Origin: Barthelona sp. PAP020
Taxonomy: Eukaryota
Assembly (NCBI GenBank): GCA_040182905.1
Contig: JARQWU010000020.1
Span: 1 to 64,000 of the forward strand
DNA length: 64,000 nucleotides
Reading direction: 5' to 3'
In this document: positions 31,301 through 39,856 of the stretch, piece after piece
Position numbering within the stretch: the first letter of the stretch is position 1
Layout of the letters: the number at the start of each line of letters is the position of its first letter
Translations under genes and position numbers: made by a program
The notes under the pieces: model-generated
Told to the model about the DNA's origin: nothing
The model's input: only the letters and a program-made list of their open reading frames with translations
Databases searched by the model: none

Positions 31301-31920
31301 ATCAAAATTTGAGTTTTTTCTTTTAAACTAAGTTTATCATTTAACAAAACACGTTCTTTTGGTGTTTTTGGAGGAAAATTTGAAGCTGTTTGAAATCTTG
31401 GTGTTTTCACAATCAATTCATCTTGTGATCTAAATTTACTTTCAGTTGATTTTAAACGAGTGGTATTGAAAATCATTGGAGACTTGGTTACTGTTGTTGT
31501 TTCAACTTGTTCAACATTGGTAATTTCACTCTCATCAATTTCTTCTTCGGTTGATATATCATCTTTATGACTCTCATCATAAATGTCTTTCAATACTAAA
31601 CCAAATTTACATAGATACTTAGTTCCCTCATTGTTTTCTTCGTTAACCATTAAATCAACAATACCTTCTTGAAAAAACTCAATAGCAACTAAATCACGAT
31701 ATTTTGAATGAAATAACATGTACAAACAAGTAGATATTATTTCGTAAGGTAAATTCGAAGGTAATTCACATATTTTAATATCTTTCAAGTTCGAAACAAT
31801 ATCATAAAAAGCATAGCCATCTTTTAAATCTTCTAATGACCCAACAATTAAGCAACTTGAATATTCAAGAGTGTTTAACCAATTAATTAGAGTGAATATT
31901 TGTGAATTAGTAATATTCAT
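28309..31920 (-). CDS. Multi-calponin-homology (about 5 CH domains) cytoskeletal protein; start uncertain (31920 or 32001)
   Basis: Repeated W-L..L.DG..L..L...P.....N...A/C...L CH pattern at five places, separated by disordered linkers. Confidence 0.75.
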   Translation of the reverse strand: MNITNSQIFTLINWLNTLEYSSCLIVGSLEDLKDGYAFYDIVSNLKDIKICELPSNLPYEIISTCLYMLFHSKYRDLVAIEFFQEGIVDLMVNEENNEGTKYLCKFGLVLKDIYDESHKDDISTEEEIDESEITNVEQVETTTVTKSPMIFNTTRLKSTESKFRSQDELIVKTPRFQTASNFPPKTPKERVLLNDKLSLKEKTQILMSSKRKTPLKKKNDETNDRPNDRTLKKTLSSSFTINEKDFFSLKEEDSCHKKIVEKERLQAYKLKMKKKPVTMKTKTLKNTDFFSEKARNRTEFSNKRTKPSENTQSSKYPSPILEIEDMINENLIIEEPIIELYEPRKTISSKKVGLSGEQLNVLLYISKVLGSSLNELFNIQKEKDLLLNDALEELKTGVILTKLVAKLEKKITLQGIFLNPKKKAEKVRNFRKCLDILRKKKEMASTYLFSIPELVEGSSEHTFGLLYDIRSAYRRHQSNIKMKSGDKKKIQPPVAVERAKTTPLTEEVKKNAIHEQVVEIDRQTKNQLRKWLIEIGFNLLDANSQRNISPMRDIVRNGTLLNDLLTLLFYERDSDVPNPAPQYRNPISLNQCYANVQRAFDFLAQSSYAQVNSSLLQNPKEVVGGNSDIFYSLIRGLKNVYDKQKSQKHKKDKGHTYLQRHFNGKPLLNEGKKSSKMRKLSEMRKMIVHWIISIGLFPKNREMTFVDLESSVVSGLLFAKLYTFLTQKTITSIDWNPKTKRVCISNIEKAMNAFRSLSLMNPRYLFEAERIVSGDMEFVTYLLADIHTFAKHLELTPQTEIKNVETSENLLNEVQELLSATKYSSNISLNDDFNKNNDIVEIVDEIINNGSTTGSQKKLNKKSKLNLTDIAEFESPVKSKRQIQEFNNELAEYSTNELNDLSNTIDSKGFNSISSARQQNKPVFTIAAPLKRTLSDATVNRNTLMSEIDTGSNENRLISGASARLQALLSTQTDEKTTGFSEQQQPQNKQSQPQSGWIRSNSHEMNETSLMKFAKLEAPDRVHISSTTELQAHTPIATKLIQSPAKQHIPPMIPNIRTTIGPPIIETTDVEGLDTVLEWLKNIGFEVAKDQLTEEPCTLFTDGIALAQLLGILFGRGIRGIVLNPTKNAECINNVKKCLKVLEIEKDMISFKNLYMNIIKGDRNIVIAFLLELKDVFKKETKYLLKYHENQKININATERLWR

Positions 31921-32206
31921 TGAGCACAAAAGGTAAATACAATACCGCCAAATACCAAAAAAAAAATATTTGTTCGCCTTTGTGTTTTGGTTTGTGCTCA
32001 TATAAAAACTTGTTTACAATATTAACAATTACAATTTATCTCAATATTGACATAATAGGCACACAAATATAAGCTCTTTTCATTTTTGGAAATTCGAATT
32101 TTATTTCTTTTGCAAACATTTTTTAACAATTTAATCCATTAAAAAATTTAAAAAAAATAGAAATTGATATATATATATATGTTTATATTTGACCAAATAT
32201 TGAGTA

Positions 32207-34849
32207 TTAAATGAAAAAGTAATCATTTGAATCTCCATTTTTATTTGTTGAATGATTAAATTCCATCAATAATCTACTAACACCTAAGGGATTTACAGTT
32301 TTGCATTGAATTAACAACCAATTGGGTATTTGAATCTTAATATCGTCACAACACAAAAACTGTTTAAGTACCGTTAAATGCAAATTAAATCCGAAATCAA
32401 CAGAATCAAATGCATCTAAACTTCTCAAAACAAATTGTTGAAGATCAACATCTAAATATTCAGCAACTTTTATTAAATATTTTCCCAAAAGTTCAAAAAC
32501 GATTTCCAAAAGATCGAATTCTTTCATGCATATCATTAAAGCTGCTTCAAAATCTTCGAAATTACACAACTCTAAAATGAATTCTTTCTTATTAACAAAA
32601 TTCAACTTGTATTTGGTTTCATATTGTTGAACCAAACCTAATTCTCGCATAAACTGCATATCAAACTTGATTTTTTCAATAGTAAAAGAGTTGTCACGAA
32701 TGTTTTTGATGTTTTGTGATTCAGTGACGGAAAATAGACTAAAGCTCAAATTTGCCCACTTGACAAACAAACTGGAAAACTCATTCAAAGAAACAGCTTT
32801 TAGATGAGATAAATCAGTTAATAATAGATAAATAAGGTGACAACAGGCAATATTGGCCTCATGATATTCACCTCTTTGAATATGAAAACAATACCAATGT
32901 TGAGCGACTTTTTCCAACTTTTTCAAATCCTTACAACTGTTTAAATGTTGTTTCAAAGAGTTAATAACTGTATCTATCATATCAAAAGGCCAAGGAAATC
33001 CACCTAACAGATATTTATTTGAATTGATAATGAAATGAACCAGTTGTATAGTGTGAGGGATTATTGAAGTGGAGTTCTTTGCAAATAAAATGTAAATATT
33101 AAACGCTTCATCAAACATTTGTTTTTCACAAGCTTTTAAAAAGTATTCCAGCATTAAACGCACAATTGTATCTTCATTTGATGGTTTAATTTTATGATGA
33201 ATATTATGAGTTGATATTGTTAATAATTTAAGAGTATTACTAGCAAATTTGATGATATGATCTGGAGAAAAACCATTTAAATCTAAAGATCTCGAAAAAT
33301 CATTGACTGTTGCAAAAAAGTTCTCCTTCGTTGGATTACGAACAAACCTATCCTCAAAAAAATCAAACAACTTATTAATATCCTCAATATTTGAACTAAA
33401 AATCATGGAATCAAACGATATTTTATGCAAATTCTCAAAATCTGCTAACTCAATCCTGTCATCAAGATAGTAATTCTCTTGGATTTTCTTTATTCTTCTT
33501 AACCATACCATGGTTAAGAACAATTGGTTCTTCTTCTCAGTAGAAAATAGATCCAACAATTGTAAGCAAATTATCAAACTTTTCCGACAATTCAAATATT
33601 CTCTATGAGATTCAATCTCAAATTGTTGTTGTAAATCAACCATTAAACAATCACAATCAATCGAATAATCGGTCAAAACTTTTAAAATTTCTGAAACTTT
33701 TAATTTCAAGATATACCTTATGTTTGCTATAACGATTTGTCTACATTCTTCCTCTTTTTTTCCTTCTTCTTCTTCATTACTATTATTTACCCATGGTCTA
33801 ATATTGTTTAATAATCCTCCTTGAATCGTGCTACATTCATGAAATTTATCGATATACATCTTCATTGTTGATTTTTTTTTCATTTCAGAAATCTTTTTCA
33901 CGTGTTCTTTCAAATATCTAGTAGAATATACTTCTGTTGCTACGTTGTTGATAGTTTCATTCAAATAATTCAAACTATCAAAATTACACTCGGTTTTATA
34001 ATGAAACTCAAGTAAATCCTTCAAATCCTCATCAAAATCAATTGAAACTCCCAAAGACTCAATCCTTGATATCTCAAAGATATCACCAAACAAACCATAC
34101 TTTTTATCATCATTATGAACAAAAATAAAAACCTTGACCAGAGTTTTGTTTTCATTTTCAACAATAATTTCTTCAACCAAGAAATTTTGAAGCAAGAAGG
34201 GATTTATTATTTGCTGAAAATCTATCCCAAATATTTTTTCTATTTCTGATTCATTTTCAATGTTGAAATGCGAAAGCAACAGATCAGAAATATGTAATTG
34301 CACCAATTCATAAGTGTTATCACTTTCAACATTTACAATCATATATAAATACATAAAAGTTTGTTTAACAAACATTATGTTGTAGTTATCAAAGAAATTG
34401 ACCTGTTTCAAATAATCCAAATCAATGTTTGTCATACTATTTGATATAAAGTTAAATTTCATTATATAAAGAGTGATTGTTGATGCGATGGTAATAAACA
34501 AGCTTGAAGGATCATCAAAATCATGACAAATTGACAATATTGGTGAACTGAAAATCTCAATTGTTTCTCTGTATAAAACATTAAATTTATCTCTATTTGT
34601 TATTGTAAGCACAATCAAATGCCCAAAATTATCCAATAGAACAAAATAGAACTGTTTTCTCCAAACATATTTTTCAATACAACAATTCTCTATTTTCGGT
34701 TTGTTAAATTGAACAACCTTTTTTAGATTGAATGAATGTATTACAACACTATCCACAATTTCATTTGATTTAACATAATAAATTCTTCCTCTATCATCAA
34801 TTCGTATAAAATTGTCTCTTTTTGATTCAATTCGAAGTTCTGTATACAT
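32207..34849 (-). CDS. NUP160: Nucleoporin Nup160/Nup120-like
   Basis: C-terminal FPW..V, YCFHIQRGEYHEA, IPNWLLIQCK.VNPLGVSRLLMEFN resemble the Nup160 helical C-terminus. Confidence 0.6.
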   Translation of the reverse strand: MYTELRIESKRDNFIRIDDRGRIYYVKSNEIVDSVVIHSFNLKKVVQFNKPKIENCCIEKYVWRKQFYFVLLDNFGHLIVLTITNRDKFNVLYRETIEIFSSPILSICHDFDDPSSLFITIASTITLYIMKFNFISNSMTNIDLDYLKQVNFFDNYNIMFVKQTFMYLYMIVNVESDNTYELVQLHISDLLLSHFNIENESEIEKIFGIDFQQIINPFLLQNFLVEEIIVENENKTLVKVFIFVHNDDKKYGLFGDIFEISRIESLGVSIDFDEDLKDLLEFHYKTECNFDSLNYLNETINNVATEVYSTRYLKEHVKKISEMKKKSTMKMYIDKFHECSTIQGGLLNNIRPWVNNSNEEEEGKKEEECRQIVIANIRYILKLKVSEILKVLTDYSIDCDCLMVDLQQQFEIESHREYLNCRKSLIICLQLLDLFSTEKKNQLFLTMVWLRRIKKIQENYYLDDRIELADFENLHKISFDSMIFSSNIEDINKLFDFFEDRFVRNPTKENFFATVNDFSRSLDLNGFSPDHIIKFASNTLKLLTISTHNIHHKIKPSNEDTIVRLMLEYFLKACEKQMFDEAFNIYILFAKNSTSIIPHTIQLVHFIINSNKYLLGGFPWPFDMIDTVINSLKQHLNSCKDLKKLEKVAQHWYCFHIQRGEYHEANIACCHLIYLLLTDLSHLKAVSLNEFSSLFVKWANLSFSLFSVTESQNIKNIRDNSFTIEKIKFDMQFMRELGLVQQYETKYKLNFVNKKEFILELCNFEDFEAALMICMKEFDLLEIVFELLGKYLIKVAEYLDVDLQQFVLRSLDAFDSVDFGFNLHLTVLKQFLCCDDIKIQIPNWLLIQCKTVNPLGVSRLLMEFNHSTNKNGDSNDYFFI

Positions 34850-35234
34850 TGGATCAGGTAATATGAGAAACAATCTCGAAATTAAAAAAAAAAGGTTCTA
34901 TTCACTGCAAAAGTTTATCATCATTTTCAAAAGGCAAAACAAAAAAATTTGTGAAAAAGCACCCTATTGATGAGCTTTGTAAAAAGTATTATGATAATGT
35001 GGCCAATTTCAACAAACAAATTTCCAATCCTTTTTGAATGACAAAGATGTACACAAAAAGAAATGTCTTTTACTTTCGTAATATTTATCCGCTTCTCAAT
35101 CAACTTTGTGAATTTTTTTCTAAATTCTTGCCGTAATTTTTGCACACTTTCAAAAGCAAAAATATTATTATGTTAGGTCAATTGAACACAAGAAATACAA
35201 CCAAAGTGAATCATCTTGTCATTCATATTCATAA

Positions 35235-37187
35235 TCACATTATCAGATCTATATCAATACTAAGCCGTCTATCGTCACTGAAATTGGTCAAAGTATCAAA
35301 ATCTTCAGTGTCATCATCATTTCTATATTTCCTTTTCTTTTGTTCTTTCTCTTTTTCTATCTTGGAATCAATGTTATCAATGATCATTTTTCTGATTTTG
35401 GACTTTTTATTCCTTTTGTAGTTAGCATCTGGTATTGGAACTTCTTGCACAATACGGAACTTACCAATATTGGAAACTTGTTCATTCTCCATTCTTAAAA
35501 TATTCCAGTATCCCCTGCGAAATGCTCCTAAATAATCAAATCCCACTGATTTCCAATTTAACTGAGTTATTGGGATCCATATAGTCCTCAATACAATATC
35601 GAGGATAATACCAAAATAATAGAAGGTGTTTGGATACAAAGTTCTTCTACAGAGAAAACCACCATTTAAAAACAGCCCCCAATCAACAAACAAATCCCAA
35701 TATAAAGAATAGAGCATTGAAATAAAATGAAATGCAACTGAAACACCCCACTTATCGTTACATAAGGATAATACCATAGATATTAGAGCGCAAGCATATT
35801 TGCCCAAATTGTGTAAATGATGTTCGTCTTTTGAATCTTGGTATCTTTTCAAACATTGAAATAATCTGCACCAAAAAGGAAAAACTTTTGAAAATATCAT
35901 CAAAAATGTGCTCAAAGTATTGAACGCATCTAAATCCCAAATTTTTAAAAAGTGAAGGAAGAATTCAAATATTACATTCATGAAATAGCTGGCAGAAGTC
36001 AACTGATCTGCAAAATAAAAATCCCGAAACAAGACTGTCTTAAATGGTGCCACCAGACATCTAACAATAGTTTTAGTTAACAAATGTCTCTCCCCAATGG
36101 GAAAAACACCGACAAAAACTGTGGCTGAAAAAAGGCCCCAATAATATATGTCACATAATTGGGTAAACGTGATAAAATCAACAAAATACAAATTGAGCAA
36201 CATGCTAAACCCAAATAGATTGATTAGAAGATAATTGAAGATACCAAATGAAGAAGAATGACTAGGCTCAAACATGCAAATAAATACAAAGTTCACCTTG
36301 AAAAATTCCCAAATTTTTGTGTTTATAAACCATAAAAATAAGATAAACACGATCACACAATGATAGGAAAAAGAAATTTTGAAATATGAAAGATCCAATC
36401 CCATAAAATTGTTTTGATTCAAAAAAAATAGAACAACACAGGTTATCATGGCAATAGAACTAATACCTGCAAGCATTCCAGAAAAAAATTGCCGACTAAA
36501 AATTTGTTGGGACTGAGTCACAGATTCATTGTTCAATCTTCTTAATTTTGTTTTGATGTCCTTCAGACTACCACCAAAATAATGTGCATATATTTTTACT
36601 AATTCATTCTCCAATCTATGAATCACATCAAGGTTTGGAAAGGTACATTTTTCATCAATAAATGTAATAATTGCTTTCTTTTTTTTTAATCCAGTCTGTT
36701 TATCATATTTAGAGGCTAATTTTGTGAATCCAGTATGATTCATCACAGAATAGTTGTAAATTAAGTCTATCAATCTTGAATTGATCAGCAACGATTCCTT
36801 TAATTTCTTTTCAAAAGATTTTTTTTTCTTTTTTTTTTGTGACTTTGTTTTGTAATTGTTTTCATATTCAGCCACAAAATAAACAATACTCTCCATATTT
36901 GTTTCAGCCTTTTTCAGTTGTTCCAAATAAAAAGCTTCAACTCGGTCAATATCTTCATATAACAGTCGAAAAAACTCAATATCTCCTTTACAATTGGATA
37001 ATAATGTTTCTTTTGTTAAGGAAGTTGAAGAACGATACAATTTGAATCCAATAACTGTGTCAATATATTCATTGATATCAACAAGACAATTTTGCAATTT
37101 GTCATAATGTAAGTACTTCGATTCCCATTCTAAAGAATAGTTCTCTTCCAAATAAGATGAAAAATTGGTTAATTGTCGATACGACAT
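35235..37187 (-). CDS. XPR1: SPX-EXS phosphate exporter (XPR1/PHO1/SYG1 family)
   Basis: SPX EW..KYL.Y..L and N.TGF.K...KYDK; EXS FRDFYFADQLTS, RLFQCLKRY, YWDLFVDWGL, RRGYWNILRMENEQ. Confidence 0.92.
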   Translation of the reverse strand: MSYRQLTNFSSYLEENYSLEWESKYLHYDKLQNCLVDINEYIDTVIGFKLYRSSTSLTKETLLSNCKGDIEFFRLLYEDIDRVEAFYLEQLKKAETNMESIVYFVAEYENNYKTKSQKKKKKKSFEKKLKESLLINSRLIDLIYNYSVMNHTGFTKLASKYDKQTGLKKKKAIITFIDEKCTFPNLDVIHRLENELVKIYAHYFGGSLKDIKTKLRRLNNESVTQSQQIFSRQFFSGMLAGISSIAMITCVVLFFLNQNNFMGLDLSYFKISFSYHCVIVFILFLWFINTKIWEFFKVNFVFICMFEPSHSSSFGIFNYLLINLFGFSMLLNLYFVDFITFTQLCDIYYWGLFSATVFVGVFPIGERHLLTKTIVRCLVAPFKTVLFRDFYFADQLTSASYFMNVIFEFFLHFLKIWDLDAFNTLSTFLMIFSKVFPFWCRLFQCLKRYQDSKDEHHLHNLGKYACALISMVLSLCNDKWGVSVAFHFISMLYSLYWDLFVDWGLFLNGGFLCRRTLYPNTFYYFGIILDIVLRTIWIPITQLNWKSVGFDYLGAFRRGYWNILRMENEQVSNIGKFRIVQEVPIPDANYKRNKKSKIRKMIIDNIDSKIEKEKEQKKRKYRNDDDTEDFDTLTNFSDDRRLSIDIDLIM

Positions 37188-37304
37188 GTCAAAAAATCAT
37201 GTCTTTGGTTGACTTCTAAACATTTGTAGTTTTATCCTTTTCTCATTAATAACATGAAAAAGCATTTTTTTAAAGATAAAAACAGTTTTACATTTACAAA
37301 AGGT

Positions 37305-38021
37305 TTAATTGAAATCACTACAACTGACTTGAGGAGAATAAACTTCATTAATTGATAATTTAGAATCGTCGCCATATATTGAAAGAAAACCGTCATTTTT
37401 ACCATATTCTTTTCCAAAAGATGTGGCAAATTCAAAGACATATCTATTATCTACTTTATTCCACCCAACCATTTCCATACAAATAATGCCTTTCAAAAAA
37501 GCATCATCTCCAACTGAATATATTTCCCCATTAAATGTGTCAATATCATTGTAATGTGAAAAGCAAGCTACACACGGACCACTGTTCATCAATTCGTTTC
37601 TTATTGCATCAAAACCTTGAATTTTTTGATAATTTTTCAAGTGAAACAGTGAAACTGGTTCATTATTGTCAACACACCCATCAGTACACTTTCTTTCTGT
37701 CAAATCAAATTTTGTGCAATTAATTGGAGTGCCAACATTTTTTAAATAATCTAAACTATCAAGAACTAACCCTCCATCGCAAGCTCGACTATCATAATTG
37801 CAAAAAAGGGGTTTTATGATAGATAGACGATTTGAATTGCAATTATATATTTTGGAACGTGCTTCTATGGTTTGAACCACTGAAATAACATGTGATGCAG
37901 AACAATCTTGTTCATTAAGAATTTCAGACAATATGTTAAATTTTCTCCAAGAAAAATTATCGGGCAATTCTGCAAATACTAAAGAAACTATTAATATTCC
38001 CAAAAAAAATAGTTTTAACAT
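37305..38021 (-). CDS. Secreted papain-family (C1A, cathepsin B-like) homolog, probably inactive
   Basis: Signal peptide, LPDNFSWR, CDGG, ELMNSGP, VGW, SFGKEYG..GF. Confidence 0.85.
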   Translation of the reverse strand: MLKLFFLGILIVSLVFAELPDNFSWRKFNILSEILNEQDCSASHVISVVQTIEARSKIYNCNSNRLSIIKPLFCNYDSRACDGGLVLDSLDYLKNVGTPINCTKFDLTERKCTDGCVDNNEPVSLFHLKNYQKIQGFDAIRNELMNSGPCVACFSHYNDIDTFNGEIYSVGDDAFLKGIICMEMVGWNKVDNRYVFEFATSFGKEYGKNDGFLSIYGDDSKLSINEVYSPQVSCSDFN

Positions 38022-38332
38022 TCAGGATGTGGAAGAAAAAAAATTGTAAAAAATTTTTTTCAACAAAAAAAAAGGAATTGTGACTGATTGATTAGATTGG
38101 AATGAGTTTTTCTTTTAAAAAATAGTTAAAACCTCATTCTTTGAATAAATGATCGAAAAAGTGAAATTGGGATTCTGCAGTTGACAGATTAGAAAAGTAG
38201 TTTGAATTATTTCTAATATAATAATTATTCGAGAGATGTTTCCATCATTTATTTGTTATTGGTACAATTTTTGGTTGTTTTAAAGGAAAAAGAATAAAGA
38301 ATAAAAAGAACAAAAGTTTTTGTTTTTGTTAA

Positions 38333-38779
38333 ATGAGGGCATTTATTTCGAAATTATTAATCATTGTGTTTGGTTTATTAAGACCTGCATTTTCTTCTTT
38401 CAAAGCATTAAGATCACCCCAGGAAGATGACGATAGAAAATGGCTTACATATTGGATTATTTATGCTTGTTTTGCCTCAGTAGAATTTGTTGCTGACGTT
38501 CTTATTAAGTGGTTCCCCTTTTATTTTGAAATGAAGTTGATTGTATTGTTGTGGCTTTCTTTGGAAAAATTTAATGGCAGCATTGTTATTTTCGAAAAAT
38601 ATGTATCTCCTTGGTTAATGCAGAATGAAGAAAATATTGAAGCCAAAATTCAGAATTCATCTCGTGTTGCATACAAATATTTTTTGATTGTGTTCAAAAA
38701 AATTATTCATGAAATGAGCACTTTGCCAATTGCTAATGGCGCTCTGAAAAATGTCCAAAATAAAGGAAAATCTGAGTAA
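38333..38779 (+). CDS. REEP/HVA22/Yop1 (TB2/DP1) ER-shaping protein
   Basis: PAFSSFKAL..DDRKWLTYWIIYA..WFPFYFEMKL..LLWL. Confidence 0.92.
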   Translation: MRAFISKLLIIVFGLLRPAFSSFKALRSPQEDDDRKWLTYWIIYACFASVEFVADVLIKWFPFYFEMKLIVLLWLSLEKFNGSIVIFEKYVSPWLMQNEENIEAKIQNSSRVAYKYFLIVFKKIIHEMSTLPIANGALKNVQNKGKSE

Positions 38780-38879
38780 GAAAAAATATTTAACTTTTCA
38801 TAAACTGTTTAAAAAACAATTCTTTTTTTACTATGTTGTTTATTGTTATGGAAATTTATATTTTTGGAATTAACGATTA

Positions 38880-39689
38880 TCACAGCTGTGGATCTTTCTT
38901 TTGGGGTATTCCTGGTTTGTGAGAGTTTCTTTGAATGGGTTGGTGTTGAGAAACGAATGCTATACCTCCCACAACACGTTTTGAATAAGCGTTTTGTAAA
39001 ACTGCGTGACAATTGTTTGTAATTGTTTCTCTGGCCTTTTGATGGGACAAGCCCAAATTTTGCATGATATTTATGACGAAATTGGGATTTCTAAGATGAA
39101 AAATGTTTGTGGCATTTGATGACAGGATAATATTGTTTCTGCCTCGTTCTGTTATGGTGATCAGATTTCTGAGATTGGCAAAGAAGATGCTTCGAACTGA
39201 CATATCGTCAATAGCGGGAGCATAGTTGACTTCAATGAAGATGCCCTTTCGAATGGCCTTCTGAATAACTTTAGATTTCAAAAAATCAATCTGATGGCAA
39301 AAATTAAAGACGATGATGTCCACATTTTCACATTCAGCTGCCTTTTCGAATGTGATAAGATTCAATGGCTGTAATGCGACTAAGGAATATTGATCAATCA
39401 ACTCTTTTCGCTTAGTCAGTAGTATGTGCTGCGGGTTATCAGTTTTTATGGTTATTCGGTGCAATATGAATGGTTTTTTATGAACAAAATTGATAATTTC
39501 ATGAAATGGACAAATATCATTTGAAACAACTTTGTCAAATGGCTGGGGAATTGCATCTTTTCCCGTTAAATTGGTTGGGAAAAATAATGTTTCCAAAGCG
39601 ATACAACGATATCCTAAAAGAAAAGATTCTTCAATTCTTTGTTTTAAGGTGGTCACATTATTGGTTGGAATATTCAAATCGCAATACAT
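38880..39689 (-). CDS. RPP30: RNase P/MRP subunit p30
   Basis: MYCDLNI, LGY..IA, AIRKGIFIEVNYAPAI, GRNNIILSSNA..LRNP..V.N. Confidence 0.9.
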   Translation of the reverse strand: MYCDLNIPTNNVTTLKQRIEESFLLGYRCIALETLFFPTNLTGKDAIPQPFDKVVSNDICPFHEIINFVHKKPFILHRITIKTDNPQHILLTKRKELIDQYSLVALQPLNLITFEKAAECENVDIIVFNFCHQIDFLKSKVIQKAIRKGIFIEVNYAPAIDDMSVRSIFFANLRNLITITERGRNNIILSSNATNIFHLRNPNFVINIMQNLGLSHQKARETITNNCHAVLQNAYSKRVVGGIAFVSQHQPIQRNSHKPGIPQKKDPQL

Positions 39690-39856
39690 GAAGCATATAA
39701 AAGAATGAAGTAAACAAAAAAAAGATTCTTTTGTAATCGTCTCGGAAATCCCTTATTTTGGGGTCAGAATAAACTCATAATGGAGTAAACAATTTATCAA
39801 TGAGGAACTGTGGTAAAATTTTCCGATTTCTCGAAAAGACTAGATTAATTTTTTTG

